DNA of 64,000 nucleotides from Eledone cirrhosa (Eukaryota), in the NCBI GenBank assembly GCA_964016885.1, contig OZ024740.1:268956001-269020000 (forward strand). The letters run 5' to 3'. The notes under the pieces were generated by a model, which searched no databases, was not told where the DNA came from, and saw only the letters and a list, made by a program, of their open reading frames with translations. Below, in pieces: positions 11,661 through 26,207 of the stretch (positions are counted from its first letter, which is position 1; each line of letters begins with the position of its first letter). The position numbers and the translations under genes were made by a program.

Positions 11661-12929
11661 CAGCTTTCCTCATGGGTACACCTGAAATGCTACCCCACAG
11701 GCAGTTTGAATTTTCTGCTAACACGGTAAAGTTGCCAGCAATGCTCACCACTGCATGCTACTCGGACTTTCTCGAAATATTTTCCTCCTCTTCCGGGAAG
11801 CAGAAATGACAAGAATTGAACACGACACTCGGAAATATAGTCAGCTTTTCTTTATAAGCTGGAGATCCACTGGTATTCGTGTTCTTGTGGATATTATGGT
11901 AGTGGTAGTATCCTACCCTCCACACTGGTAGCATGAGGTCAACCACAGTTATTCTGATACCTTTAACTAATCTCCAATTACCACATTCGGCAAGAAACCT
12001 GATACATTTGATCTCGATATTCGAAGAATATTTAGATGAGATTTTGTAATTGTTAAATTGTCGACCTCAAATCTGAGGACTGACCTTTTAAATTAGTTGA
12101 GTATTTTAATGGATACGGAACACAATAGATATGTTCTTTCTTCCACTAGTCTTCATATCCGCGGTATCAGTATTTAGGCATATGCTGTCGGATCTGTTTT
12201 CTTAAAACACTTTTCATTTATTCATAGCACTATTCATTGCAAGTATCCTGACATCGCTCACTCTGTATTTAACAGTTGACCTGGAGCATAAATTGATATT
12301 CACTATAAGGTTATTGATAAACCATTGGTGTTTTCTAAACACCAATCATTTGCTCCAGATCGATTTAAAACTGTTAAACCTGTGTTCGATCATATACTGG
12401 AAATTCGCATCCTTCGTCGATCATTTAGCAAATTGTGTTTACTCCTACATGTGGTCTTGAAACGTTTCCAAGATATTGGCAACAATGTGGTCACAATTAG
12501 ATACTTACCCCTTATATTAAAACTGATAGATACCCTGAACCACATTTATAGCGCTTCCTTTCTTCTCTTGGTGACGCTAGAATATTTTCAATAGATAATC
12601 TTGTATGTGCTTATAATCATATATCTGTGGCCCAGATGACATTCACAAAACTTTTGTACTTTTTGAATTCCTTCGAATGGCAAGTTATTTACGAAATGTA
12701 GTTCAAACGTTATAGCAGTTTTTCGATACTTTGATTGAAGGTTTTCCTTTCCTTTATGCTTACATCTTTGATTTCTTAGTCACAAACGTATCGTCATAGA
12801 TATTAGTGTGTTTTGCAATTAAGTTAGTTAGTATGTGTAAGACATGTAATGTCTATAGTGTCTAATAGTGCTTCTTTGTATTCAATTAGTAATGTATATC
12901 TGAGTATATAGCTATCGGGTGTTTTGAGT

Positions 12930-14765
12930 TCGGCTTCGACAAATAATTTGGCAAAAGAATTCTCCCTACATATCTCCCGTCTATTTGCCAACGAACAGAT
13001 ATCTAGACATCATGCTCTATAATACAAGCCCTGAAGCAAATCAGATTCCTTGGGCAAATCATACTTAGCGCCAAATGATAGAGGACCAAATCGGTGATTA
13101 CGCCTTTGTTTAACCATTCCCTGCAAAACAGAATATACTACGCCAATTGGAAAAAAAACAAACTTTCTTCTTACTACTTAAAAATACACTCCCTTCGAGA
13201 GCATCGCTACTATATGACCTTTAATAGAATTTCAACGCAGCTCTCCTAATTTACTACTCAAAACCTTGTCGAAAATATCACTTCCTCGAACATAGCCAGA
13301 CTAAACTCGCTTATGACATATCCTTATGACAAAATGCGCGCCTATAGACGATGCGATGGATCTAATACATTTGAAAACCTTCTGTTGTGAAAAGAAAAAT
13401 ATACACCAAACAATGTAAAAACTAATATTGCAACACAGTACACATAAAAGCAAGAAATATCTTGTTCGCCATTGATCCAGCACTGAACAAAATATCTGAA
13501 TTCATCACAACGTGCACACATAGAATCTGTATAACATACCTCAATCACAAACATATGCATGACGCCGAATGGTAAGCTATATTGTTAGTATTAAGTAAAC
13601 AGACACAACAATATACACACGTCCACCTAACATCCCAAACTCTACTAATATATAACTAGCCCAACCGCACCCGAAGATATTCTGATTATCAAATACACCT
13701 GATTAGGTATCGAAAGTCAATCCATAATAATTACACCCATACACAGCGACATACACATATACATTTATAATACAATAACCACCGACTATATTGAAAACAC
13801 AAATAACATGCACAACACAGACACCCGAGTAAATATTACACATATACACTAGATAGAGCAACAAAAGCAAATAAACTGTAGCCTAGAAACCTACACTGAA
13901 TGTGATGCACTGAATAAATAGCAGATAAATATAGCAGACAAACTTACAAACCTTCTCCGCCGCACACACCAAGCCAAAATACAATAAAAAGTCAATGACC
14001 AACAAACAGGTAATGTTAAAATCATAGACTTAATATCACTAAATACAATAATATATACCTTGCCACACGTCTAATTAAATACACAAAAGTAGACAAGCGC
14101 ACTATTACATTCACACACATAATTATACTCAGGTATTCACAACTATTTAAACTCATGTATACAACGATGCACAATTACATAGCATAGACTATAGTCTGCA
14201 ATAGCCACACATTCACACACATACGCACGCACACACACACACACTCAAGCACATGCACACACATACGCACACACACATTCACATTGATAACAAAGCTTAA
14301 ATATATATATATCACTCACGAACCACCTATCACACACACACGCTTATTCACAAACTCACTCACACACACACACGCACAAAAAAAAACTGACTATAATTCA
14401 TAAGACAAGAGGCATTTGGATTCGGCAAAATGCCACCCACACAATTAACTCTCTCTCTAACTTTCTTGATATCTCCATGTCCCCTGATGAACCTAACTCC
14501 ACCCAAATTATCCTGTATTTAGATATACATTATTTATTCCATTCTATTATTTATTTAAGTTCATACGCGAAACAAAAGCGCTAACTAAGGTGTAAAAACC
14601 CAATATTGACCATATCTCCAGAATATGAGAGGGATCAAAATTAGGACCTATTCTTCGGTCGCTTATACGAGTAGCGCTTTTGTTCCATGTATGCGCATAC
14701 ATAAATAATATATTTCAGCTCTCTTACCGGTTGAGCACTGTTTTCTTTTTACCTTTTTCACACCT
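12930..14765 (+). mobile_element. Decayed Penelope-like element (thumb/linker, GIY-YIG C-terminus, 3' UTR)
   Basis: Fragmentary translations NNLAKEFSLHISRLFANEQI, TFNRISTQLS, NLVENITSSNI and LNKISEFITTCTHR resemble the PLE at 575-2752. Confidence 0.6.
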
Positions 14766-15151
14766 ACGGATATTGCTACATATGCATATACATATATTAT
14801 TTATTCTTAACTTTATCTATTTTCAAGTATCTTCTCAAAGATCATCAATTTAAAACTCCTTGCCCGACGGGAACAAATTAGATTCGGTCTACTGAATGTA
14901 ATTCTCAGTCAACCATCGAAACGTTTTAAGCTTGGCCTCGCGCTGCATGTAATGAATAATATCTCCACACTACTTTCATTAATGTATAGAGTAGATAGCT
15001 TAATAATTGTATTATTTGTCATTTAACTAGTAATACACACCGATACAGACACACACACACACACACACACACACGCATATATATGTATAATATATATAAA
15101 CTATATAATATGTAATGTATATATTTAAGTGTGTGTATGTGTGTGTGTGTG

Positions 15152-15183
<32 letters not shown>

Positions 15184-15184
15184 C

Positions 15185-15247
<63 letters not shown>

Positions 15248-15685
15248 ACTGTATCTGTCTTTGAATGTAGGTATCGTTGTCCGTGAGTGGCTTTGTGTGT
15301 GTGTGAATTTGAGTGTGTGTCTTTGAGTTTGTGTGTATGTAGTGAAGGTGTCAGGGTGTTTAGCTCAAGATCGTAAGGTTATAAAGTCGATTACCGGCTG
15401 AAAGGCACGTTATGTCCTTGAACAAATATTCAGTTGCAAAGACAACCGTACCAAGTTGTATCGGCTTTTGTCTTTCTTAGAGAAGTGACACTGCTGGTCA
15501 TTCATAAAAAAAGTTATTCACGATTGCACCTTGGATTGGAAAATTCCTGGTGCAAACCAATAGACAGTCTGGACAGAAAGTGTGATAGATAAATATATTA
15601 TATACATATATATATAAATATAATATATATATATATATAAGTTATTCCGGGTTGAATCAGAGGTAACCAGAGTAAGTAAAGTACT

Positions 15686-15734
15686 GCTTCCAGATGATTT
15701 CTCACGAATGAAACAGTTCTAGTGCTGTAGAAGC
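15686..15734 (+). ncRNA. Hammerhead-like motif with variant core CAGAUGA, family H2
   Basis: GCUUC, CAGAUGA, uUUC ucac GAAu, GAAA, CAG..CUG, UA|GAAGC. Homologous to 41480-41561. Confidence 0.65.
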
Positions 15735-15751
15735 TCTTCGATATTAAGACT

Positions 15752-15844
<93 letters not shown>

Positions 15845-15855
15845 GTATATATATG

Positions 15856-15895
<40 letters not shown>

Positions 15896-16036
15896 CATAT
15901 ATAATATATACACATCGACCATATGTGTTTAGATATATGCATTTGTGTGTGTGTGTACGTGTGTGCGTCTTTTCTATATACTTGAGCATGTGTTGCATAT
16001 ATATTCAGACATGTCTCGGCGAATGTGTGAGTGCGC

Positions 16037-16148
<112 letters not shown>

Positions 16149-16309
16149 AGGGTGTGTCACTTTGAGGTTAGTGTCAGATATTCCATTTAGTCGTCACGCT
16201 TTTCTGATTTTGTATTTTGTTTCTGACGTAAGTATGCATTAACATGAACTCAACAAAACCTTCATGTAATATTGATAGATATACGGCCAGATGAATACAT
16301 AGATTTGTG

Positions 16310-16358
<49 letters not shown>

Positions 16359-16653
16359 TTATTTATCAGTACCTCTGAAATATGTATAATAAAATATACT
16401 TGATCACACGAATGTCTATTTTTGTTAATATTTTGAATTAATATATATATAGTCTAACCCATGCTAGCGTGGAAAGTGGACGTTAAACGAGGATGATATA
16501 TATATATATATATATATCATTCATTTAATTTATTAATTTATTAATTTATTATTTGAGTGACCCCAATTTTCCTGGTCGTTTTTTTCGGCTGTGCGAATGA
16601 TTCTAGGCATCTATATATCATATATATATATCATATATATATATACATTTACT

Positions 16654-16706
<53 letters not shown>

Positions 16707-16833
16707 GTTAAACAAGGTTCAATGAATAAATCAAAGAATGAGTTTTACAATTGATTGGAAGTACTCAACAGTTATGTTTTTCCGGAGTTATTAATATTAA
16801 TTCAAAATATTAACAAAAATAGACATTCGTGTA

Positions 16834-16900
16834 TATTTTATTATACATATTTTAGAGGTACTGAGCTATCTTCAACAGTACGTCCTCATCAGATAAAATA
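16834..16900 (-). ncRNA. Minimal hammerhead (GAAA changed to AAAA in this copy)
   Basis: Reverse complement: UAUUUUAU, CUGAUGA, ..GUACUG..CAGUAC.., AAAA, UAUGUA, UA|AUAAAAUA. The inverted partial copy at 16366-16442 retains GAAA. Confidence 0.65.
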
Positions 16901-18036
16901 AGATGATGCATGACATACGCTGACTTAGTAGATGGTTAAGATTCAGTCATGGTAGTGAATAAGATATGACAAAACTCAATATTTATATACCTTAAGATTG
17001 AGATATGAAAAATGTTACATATAATACAGAGGGTGCGTGTGAGAAATCTTAAAAATACATAATAGCAATTTACATAACTGTTAGAGATTCAAATAATTTA
17101 AATTATTGAAGAAAGAAGAAATAAAGAAGAAAGACATAGAGAAATAAATGAGGACAAATTTAGTTACTAGAAGTATAGAATGCAAAAGAGAATTGATTAA
17201 TGATCGAGAGACAAGGAAGAATAATGTTTATAGTATAAAGCATAGGGAGGGAGATTTATATTGTCGTGGATGAATAGGGTATGATTAGATGATGCAAAAA
17301 TATATATATCAAAATGTATAAATACATAAATATACATTTGGGCGTAGCTTTGTGAAAGAGTAAACTCGAATCTTTGAATTATCTAGAAATAATCAATCAA
17401 TCTAAATATTAAATATATCTGGGTGTAATTATATGAGGGTTTAAATTCGAGTCCTTAGTTAATTAGAAATATACTAACAATTAATTATATACATTATATA
17501 TATCCAAACGTATCCGGCTGACCGATAAATTTCGAATAATTTATGTTAGTTTAGAATAATGAATTAATCTGAAGGTATAATATTTCAGTCTATAAAGGTT
17601 TATAAATATCTATATTAAAGTATACTATCATATTTAATTTATTTTATAAAATCATATTTAAAGTATTTGCAAACATGAGAAAGAAGAGACTTAATATTTT
17701 CATCCTCTCGAAGGTAATCCATATTAAATTATATTATTTTATATTATATTAACATTTTTTTTTATATTAAAATAATAATTCTCATTATATAATTTAGAAA
17801 ATAATTACAGTTATAACTTAAAAAATTTTAAATTAACAACTAGAATGCCCTAAAGTATCTAAAGGCCTTATAATTAAACTTAAAAAAGCGTATTATTAAA
17901 TTAGATATACTCATTTGTCTAAATATAGACAAAGAGTATATTGTCTAAAGTTCAAGACATTGAAGGTACTAGGGTGGGAGTGAAGAATAGACGGGTGACA
18001 CACATACACAGACACACACACATATATATTTATATA

Positions 18037-18105
<69 letters not shown>

Positions 18106-18267
18106 GCATGGTTCACCTGGTATCTTACCATACCCCCTTTTATATATATATACACAATACTTAGGGTAGTAGAATTTGTAATATTAATAGAGTCAGGACC
18201 ACAACATGCCTACGACACACATATGTATATATATATATATAGGAGAGTAGGTGAGTCGTATTTCTAG

Positions 18268-18314
<47 letters not shown>

Positions 18315-18360
18315 GAGAAATATATACATATGTATATATATATATGTATATATATATATG

Positions 18361-18405
<45 letters not shown>

Positions 18406-18416
18406 ATATATGTATA

Positions 18417-18505
<89 letters not shown>

Positions 18506-18558
18506 AAAAGAATGAAACGAAATTTCATTTCTCACTCTTAGTACGGCTGATACCTAAA

Positions 18559-18666
18559 TATAAGTATGTATACGTACATACATACATGTATACAGACGTA
18601 CAGTAGTATGTATATATATACATACTACTGTACGTCTGTACACATATATGTATGTACGTATACATA

Positions 18667-18670
<4 letters not shown>
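18559..18670. repeat. Near-perfect hairpin with ~50-bp arms
   Basis: TACAGACGTACAGTAGTATG pairs with CATACTACTGTACGTCTGTA, and pairing extends into both flanks. Confidence 0.8.
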
Positions 18671-18722
<52 letters not shown>

Positions 18723-18815
18723 TGGCCTCAGTCGGATGGGTTGAACAAGTAAAAGAGTAATAGAGTATATATATATATTTATAAATATATATATGTACAG
18801 CTTAGGAGAGGCATA

Positions 18816-18884
<69 letters not shown>

Positions 18885-19037
18885 AAAATTATTACCCACT
18901 CTACTACCCTAAGTATTGAGTACTTTGGTGGGTTATGGTCCATCTAGTTCCTTACCACATTTCCTTCGTTATATATATATAAATTAATAAAAATAATGAA
19001 TAAAAACAAAGAAACAGTTCCTTATATTAAAAAATTC

Positions 19038-19164
19038 ATCATTTTACGATCGTTTCTAGGATATATATGTGTTTGTTGGTATGTATAGATCTATGTAAAA
19101 TTTTTACAAACTATCAGAGGGAATATATATACCTACACATATATATGTTGTCTTCAGCAATAAT
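19038..19164 (-). ncRNA. Hammerhead with long helix II, family H3, inside inverted repeat 18982-19280
   Basis: CUGAAGA ... GAAA CGAUCG UA|AAAUGAU. The helix I/core block TCTTCAG(C/A)AATAA is triplicated. Same family as 60587-60720. Confidence 0.65.
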
Positions 19165-19434
19165 TATCTTCAGAAATAATTATCTTCAGAAATAAATATC
19201 CTAGAAACGATCGTAAAATGATGAATTTTTTAATATAAGGAACTGTTTCTTTGTTTTTATTCATTATTTTTATTAATTTATCTTGACTCTGTTTTCCTGT
19301 GTTTTTCATCGAAAAAATTTGAATACATCTTCTCTTTTCATGATATTTGGATTACATTGAGTTCTTCATACGGAATGGACACTACCGTATATTTTGGTAG
19401 ATTTATCTATATCTATATATATATATATAAAAAC

Positions 19435-19515
19435 CATCGTCTATAGAAATCAACCCGATGCGGGTGACCCCAATGGATTTCTAGTCCATCTCTCTAACCA
19501 ATCGGCCACGATATC
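19435..19515 (-). pseudogene. tRNA-Ser(AGA) pseudogene
   Basis: Reverse complement TCGTGGCCGATTGGTTAGAGAGATGGACTAGAAATCCATTGGGGTC matches eukaryotic tRNA-Ser(AGA) as I recall it; the T-arm and acceptor stem are degenerate. Confidence 0.75.
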
Positions 19516-19937
19516 AATTATATATTAGAACAACCGTTAAGAAAAACGTAGTATTTATAGCATACAAATATTAACTGAATGAACGCTCCATGGTAGAGTG
19601 AAAAAAATTATTTTCGCCGACTCAAAAAGTAACAAAGACTTTAAATTTTGTGTATGGGTGTTTGTTTATGTGTATGTATGTATCTATGTAAGTATGTTCT
19701 ACTGGTTTTATAACGTCACAAATTTTTACCAATATGTATGTATATAAGTTTGTATGTATGTAATATATATGTATGATTGTAGGATTCTATGATTGTATGA
19801 ATGTATGTATGTAAGTAGGTATACGTGTATGTATAAATATGTGTATATATATATATACATACAAATCAACTTTTTCAAATACAAGTCGATGTTGAACGGT
19901 ATGTCAAATCTATTTATCTATAAAACTGTCTATATTG

Positions 19938-20003
19938 TATTTTGTCTGAGGAAGGCATAACATATTGTTAATATGATATCCCTGAAATATATATAATGAA
20001 ATA
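19938..20003 (+). ncRNA. Minimal type I hammerhead, family H1
   Basis: UAUUUUGU, CUGAGGA, AGG..CAUAUU guu AAUAUG..CCU, GAAA, UAUAUA, UA|AUGAAAUA. Confidence 0.8.
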
Positions 20004-20043
20004 AATATGGTTTTATAAATATAGTTTCCATTTATTTAATATC

Positions 20044-20098
<55 letters not shown>

Positions 20099-20660
20099 TA
20101 TATATATATATATACAAACGCACACACACACACACACACACTCACACACATATATATATATATATACACACACATATATATATACATATATGTATATATA
20201 TGTACACACACACAAGCTCACACACACACACACATACATATATATGTGCGTGTGTGTATGTATATAAATATGTGAGTGTGTTTATTTGTGTACATCCATA
20301 TGTCCCTTTTCTACATATAAACATATATACATATCAATCGTATAAATATACACAATGCAATTATATACGAAAGACTCGCTTCGCGTGTGGACATGTGAGT
20401 GTGTACGCTTAAAGTACATCAATGTTTTGAAATATAAATGTACATATACAGTCTTCAACTCTGATGCACATTTACATGCAGAAGCTACTGCACGTGCGCA
20501 CGCACTTTTCTACATGCGTAAAAATAACAGCAAGCGAATAATTGAGTGACTGAGAGACATGTCTGTACAATGAGAGTGAGAGAGAAAAAGAGAATGAGAG
20601 AGAGATAGAGAGAGTGAGAGAGTGAGTGAGTGACAGAGAGAGAGAGAGAGAGAGAGAGTT

Positions 20661-20780
<120 letters not shown>

Positions 20781-20829
20781 TCTGTGAGAGAGAGCGAGAG
20801 ACTTTTGTCTGGTTCTGAAACGCAACTGA

Positions 20830-20837
20830 TGACGTCA
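20830..20837. promoter_or_regulatory. Possible cAMP response element (TGACGTCA)
   Basis: Full CRE palindrome just after a (GA)n block, at the start of the transposon-free island and ~2.2 kb upstream of the GPCR ATG. Confidence 0.3.
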
Positions 20838-21207
20838 CGAACTGTGGTACTGCGAACGGTTGCAGTTGTTGAACGAGGACGAATGTTTTGGAATTTGTTT
20901 TTACTACTTCCTACAGTCGTCGTGGTGGAAAGACCATATTCTGATGAATCGATCTCTCTTCTAGTGGTGCTACTGGTCTCATAACTACTGCTGCTGCTGC
21001 TGCTGCTGCTAGCGTCGCCGCAACTGACGATGATGTTGATGTTGCTGATGCTAGTTGTGATGATATTTTGTTGTTGATGTTGTGTACGGTGGCGGAAGGA
21101 AGGAAGAATATGTTGCTGATTTTGGAAGAAATATTGAAGAAACTACTAAGAAGTATCACTACAAAAGTAGCAGATATAGATTATGTCAATAACTGTAAAG
21201 CATCAAT

Positions 21208-21267
<60 letters not shown>

Positions 21268-23035
21268 AAGAACTAGTATACGCCACGACATCATCAATAA
21301 AATGAAGCAAGTAACAAGCAACAAGTAACACGCAACAAGAAGTAGAAAGTAAGCATAACATAAACAAGAGCTAAAAAGTATTCAGTGGAATCTGTTATTT
21401 TCAGAATTGATGTCAAGGATTTCTCCCAGTCTTTTGAAAACTAAGCAAAAGGAAAGTAGTAAAAAAAAAGCAACAACAAAAAAGTAATGAACCGATAGAC
21501 AAACTTACATGCATCACCAATAAATACAGTCATTCTTAGCAGATTTGAGTTCATGTACTGGATTTGTTAATCGGAAATTTCGATATTTAAAAGAAGAAAT
21601 CGGAGAAGAATTTAGTATGTGTGTTTCTATATTTACAGCATTGTATGAAGTGGGACACTTTACAGCTTTGAAATTCTGATAATATCAAGGGAAAAATATG
21701 ATGAATTTCAAATAACTTTTTGAGTAATTTTGCGTATCTACAGTTTAATGTGATAAAAAAGTAAAAGAGAAAAGCGTAGGCTGAGAGTCTACATCTGAAG
21801 GGGAAAAAAGCATAACGTCTCGGGAACTTTGATAATACTAAGAGAATATAAATAAATCAGAAAATGTGTTTCTTTTGGAAGTATGCTAAATTCTTTTACA
21901 CGCCCACTCATATGTATGTATATATATATGAACATTTATGAATTATCCAAAACTAAGCGGAGAAAGGATTTTCGAAATGGAAATAACTTTGGAATGATGC
22001 AACTGAAAGACATTACAATTAATGTCATTACTAATCTTTCTCATACATACAAACATACACTTTATCGATGAATTGTCCCTCACATATGAAAAAAAGATGT
22101 GTTGAATACATAAAACCAATTTTAATTTCGCAGAGAGTGTCCGAGTTGTCAGATTTTAATAAATAGGTTCTCTATCAAATGGATTATTATGGAATTGGTG
22201 TTGTGTTACAGAAGGTAGTTTGTCTATATTACCTTACACTAATGCTGCTAGTATTACTGGTGCTACAGACAACATTAAATCGCAAAAGTACATACTGTGT
22301 CACTCACTGGATAACAGAAATACCAACAAAAGCTTTCCGATTTAAAAATTCAAATCAAAAGAAAATATTTTCAAATACTTTATCCTCTTCAAAGTATTTA
22401 CTTTAATTAACAATGACTGTTTTTGTATTATAAAAAATATTTGTTAACGATACTTTACAACCACCCTTCCATTATACATTGTGATGCAAAGTGTTTGTAA
22501 TTTCACTTAAATACTTTACCAGTTGAATGCTAGAAAAACATAATGGCTTGTCAGGTTACACGGGTCTAATATAAGTTAGTAATGAATACTAACTTATCAG
22601 AATTGTGCTGATCCAGAAAAATAACTAAGCATTTCTTACCTCATTGTATATTTCTTCACATATTTTGCACATGGTTTTGGAATTTGATGATCTGTTTTGA
22701 AGTTTACATTTGTCGTCGTTTGAAATTGTTGTTTGGCTGTGTTCCTCACTTCTAATCATAGCTTTATCTATTCAACAAAATTTGAAAATTCCAATAATTG
22801 ATATACAATTGTTAGGACGTAGAATCAATTGTGAATAATCAGATATCAGTTCACTAATATACCTCATCGATTGATTCTTTGCTACAGCTTTCTATTGATT
22901 AGAACAAAAAAAAGTATAGAGACCCAACCCAAACCAAAAAAGCAGTGTCAAATTTCCCGTGACATGAACTTGGAAACCATAAACTTGTATAATTTAAAAT
23001 AATGGTACCAGAAAAAAGATTTCTATCAAATCAAT

Positions 23036-24082
23036 ATGAGTTATACTAATACAACTTGGATATCTTGCAACGAGAGCGGAAAAATACAATCTTCATGTGA
23101 AGGAAATTTTGAAAACCATATGTACAGAAACTTTTATGATGTTACTCAAATGATTACCGGCCTAGTACTCTATCCGAGCACATGTGCTCTTGGTTTAATG
23201 GGAAATATTTTATGTTTGATTGTTTTTAGCTTAAAAACCATGCGGACTTCGACTAACATCTACCTGCAGGCCCTAGCAGTGGCCGATACAATTAAGCTTG
23301 TGACGGATTTTCTTTATTTTATCGTCGTCCTTCTCTTACGAACTGACAGAAAACAGGGTATTAAATTGCATGGGTGTCTTTATCCTTATGCTCATTACTT
23401 GTTCAATATGTCTTTGTGTATATCAGCTTGGCTGACTGTTGGTGTTTCTGTCGAAAGATTTATTTTTATATGTCAACCATTCAGAGTTAAACGTTTCTGT
23501 ACTGTTCGGCGAGCTATGAAAGTGACTACAGCCACATTTATCCTGGGAACAATCATCTCACTGCCATACATGCTACGCTATCGCACAAAGTCAGAAATTG
23601 TAAACGGAACCGTTCAGGTGTCGGGTATTAGTGTGACAGCTCTTTGGAATGAAAAACAATTTGCGACAATATACACTTGGGCACATGCATTATTAAGGTC
23701 TGCCATTCCTCTTTTGCTTTTGGTTTGTCTTAACCTTTCAATTTGGAAAGGCCTGAAAAGACCAAGTACAATAAAAAAAAGTGCTCGCTTGAAATATAAG
23801 GCTACGTTGACTCTGATATACGTTGTTGTCGTATTCTGTATCTGTGTTACACCTGATGCTATTCTTAGTACAGTGTTAGGTCTAGGATATTACGAAGAGA
23901 ATTATCTTGCCCGCGGAGTACGCGAGATTACGGATTACCTTCTCCAAGTTAATTCTGCTGTTAACTTTGTTATATATTATTTTTCATGTACAGCGTTTCG
24001 TAATTCAGTCAATTCAATATTGATGTGTTCTTACTTCTATAATCCCGTCAGACAACTTTCAATAATGAACGAAGACTCTTAA
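23036..24082 (+). CDS. Intronless class A (rhodopsin-like) GPCR, FMRFamide/peptide receptor-like, 348 aa
   Basis: Seven hydrophobic segments. TM1 GN, TM2 LAVAD, TM3 SVERFIFICQP, TM6 CVTP, TM7 NSAVNFVIY, then FRNS. N-terminal sequons NTT and NES. The ORF is uninterrupted. Confidence 0.93.
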   Translation: MSYTNTTWISCNESGKIQSSCEGNFENHMYRNFYDVTQMITGLVLYPSTCALGLMGNILCLIVFSLKTMRTSTNIYLQALAVADTIKLVTDFLYFIVVLLLRTDRKQGIKLHGCLYPYAHYLFNMSLCISAWLTVGVSVERFIFICQPFRVKRFCTVRRAMKVTTATFILGTIISLPYMLRYRTKSEIVNGTVQVSGISVTALWNEKQFATIYTWAHALLRSAIPLLLLVCLNLSIWKGLKRPSTIKKSARLKYKATLTLIYVVVVFCICVTPDAILSTVLGLGYYEENYLARGVREITDYLLQVNSAVNFVIYYFSCTAFRNSVNSILMCSYFYNPVRQLSIMNEDS

Positions 24083-24604
24083 ATAATATGAAGCCCACAT
24101 CCCAAATTTTGTACGAAATAATCGTTGACATGAAGATTACCTCAAAAGGTAATGATTTTAAACTTATATTATTTAAACTTTATATATATATGTGTGTGCA
24201 TATGTGTGTATGTGTGCATGTGTGTTGTGTATGTATGTGCCTGTGTGTACTATTGTTGTTGGTTTATATTTTCAGCAGGTGAAACTTTTTCTTATGAGAC
24301 CAAAATTATTCAGTAAGATGCACAATTCCCTCTTTACTTGAAAATATTGTTATTGTTGTTCTAAATGTTATTCCTCTATATTTTAAGAAAATTGAATTGT
24401 TCCCCTCGGTTTTAATCTCTGGATCTATATTTGAGAGAGTAAAATATATTGAAAAAGTACTTCATTGTTTTAAATATCGAATAAGTAAGTAAGTTTAATC
24501 ATATATACATATTTATGACTTCTAAAGAAATCACCAGGAAAGCCGAGTACTTTACTACCTGTGTTTACCCCCGTTTGAACCTGGCATACTCTCTCTCTCT
24601 CTCA

Positions 24605-24645
<41 letters not shown>

Positions 24646-24733
24646 ACACACACACACACATACACACACACACACATGCACACATACACACACGCACGCA
24701 CACACACACATAACAAATATATAAATATATATA

Positions 24734-24898
<165 letters not shown>

Positions 24899-25126
24899 CT
24901 ATATATACAGTAATGAGGCAAAATCCCTACAGTGAACCTGACTATCTTAACTTGATTTTCAAAGCTTCTGGTATTCAATTTGAAATAGCCGGGTTCATTG
25001 TTGGATTCTATGTCTTCACTATACCCCCTCTACATCTGTTCATGCATGGAGTACTATCTTCTATAGCTATATATATATAATATCAATAATATTAATAAAT
25101 GGAAAATATCTTTATAAAACCATATT

Positions 25127-25187
25127 TATTTTATTATACATGTTTGAAGGGTAGCAATATTTTGTTACGCTTTCGTCAGATAAAATA
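25127..25187 (-). ncRNA. Minimal hammerhead (GAAA changed to CAAA), H1-related, inside inverted repeat 25080-25320
   Basis: Reverse complement: UAUUUUAU, CUGACGA, ..GUAACAA..UUGCUAC.., CAAA, CAUGUA, UA|AUAAAAUA. The inverted partial copy retains GAAA. Confidence 0.6.
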
Positions 25188-25404
25188 CAATATTTGGTTT
25201 AAAGATAGTGACATATCTTCCTATGAACATTATGTTATAAGTTCATTGTAGACAGTGAAATATGTATAATAAAATAAATATGGTTTTATAAAGATATTTT
25301 CCATTTATTATTGATATTAATTATACCCCAGAAACAACTGTTGGGTGCTTCTAATCTGTTAATAATTAACTTTGTTGAATAATCAACAAAACAAATAACT
25401 CATA

Positions 25405-25465
<61 letters not shown>

Positions 25466-25479
25466 TATGTCTGAAGTCT

Positions 25480-25745
25480 GTCTTAAGCCAGAAGGCTCAT
25501 TTGGCCGGTGCTTATCCCGGTTTCATGGCGTGAAGCGACTGAGAGTACAAGACTTCCCCCTGGACATGACGCCAGTCCATCGCAGGTTTTAAAACTCCAC
25601 CAATTGCTGGTACTCATTTTCAGCTGAGTATACTGGAGCAACGTGAAATGAAATGTTTTCTCAAGAACACAACACGGAACCCATAAATCGAACCCACGAC
25701 ATTATGATCATAAGTCGAACACCCTTACCACTAGGCCACGTACCT
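25480..25745 (-). mobile_element. tRNA-derived SINE, family B
   Basis: Reverse complement has A-box GTGGCCTAGTGGTAAGG, B-box GGTTCGATT and core CAGCTGAAAATGAGTACC...GCGATGGAC. Homologous to 53950-54195. Confidence 0.75.
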
Positions 25746-25768
25746 CCACACAGACACACACACACACA

Positions 25769-25812
<44 letters not shown>

Positions 25813-25827
25813 TATATATATATAATT

Positions 25828-25973
<146 letters not shown>

Positions 25974-25988
25974 TATATATATATAATT

Positions 25989-26207
<219 letters not shown>

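Noticed and set aside
11100-12750. Possible mariner and RTE remnants
   Set aside because: Too degenerate to support boundaries or motifs by eye.
14484-14692. CTGATGA...CGAAAC with a long stem (CAAAAGCGCTA/TAGCGCTTTTG) at the end of a decayed PLE
   Set aside because: The position is suggestive, but I could not close helix I, so it is not counted as an HHR.
20911-21328. Poly-Ala and poly-Thr ORFs upstream of the GPCR
   Set aside because: They are driven by triplet repeats and show no domain or splice support.
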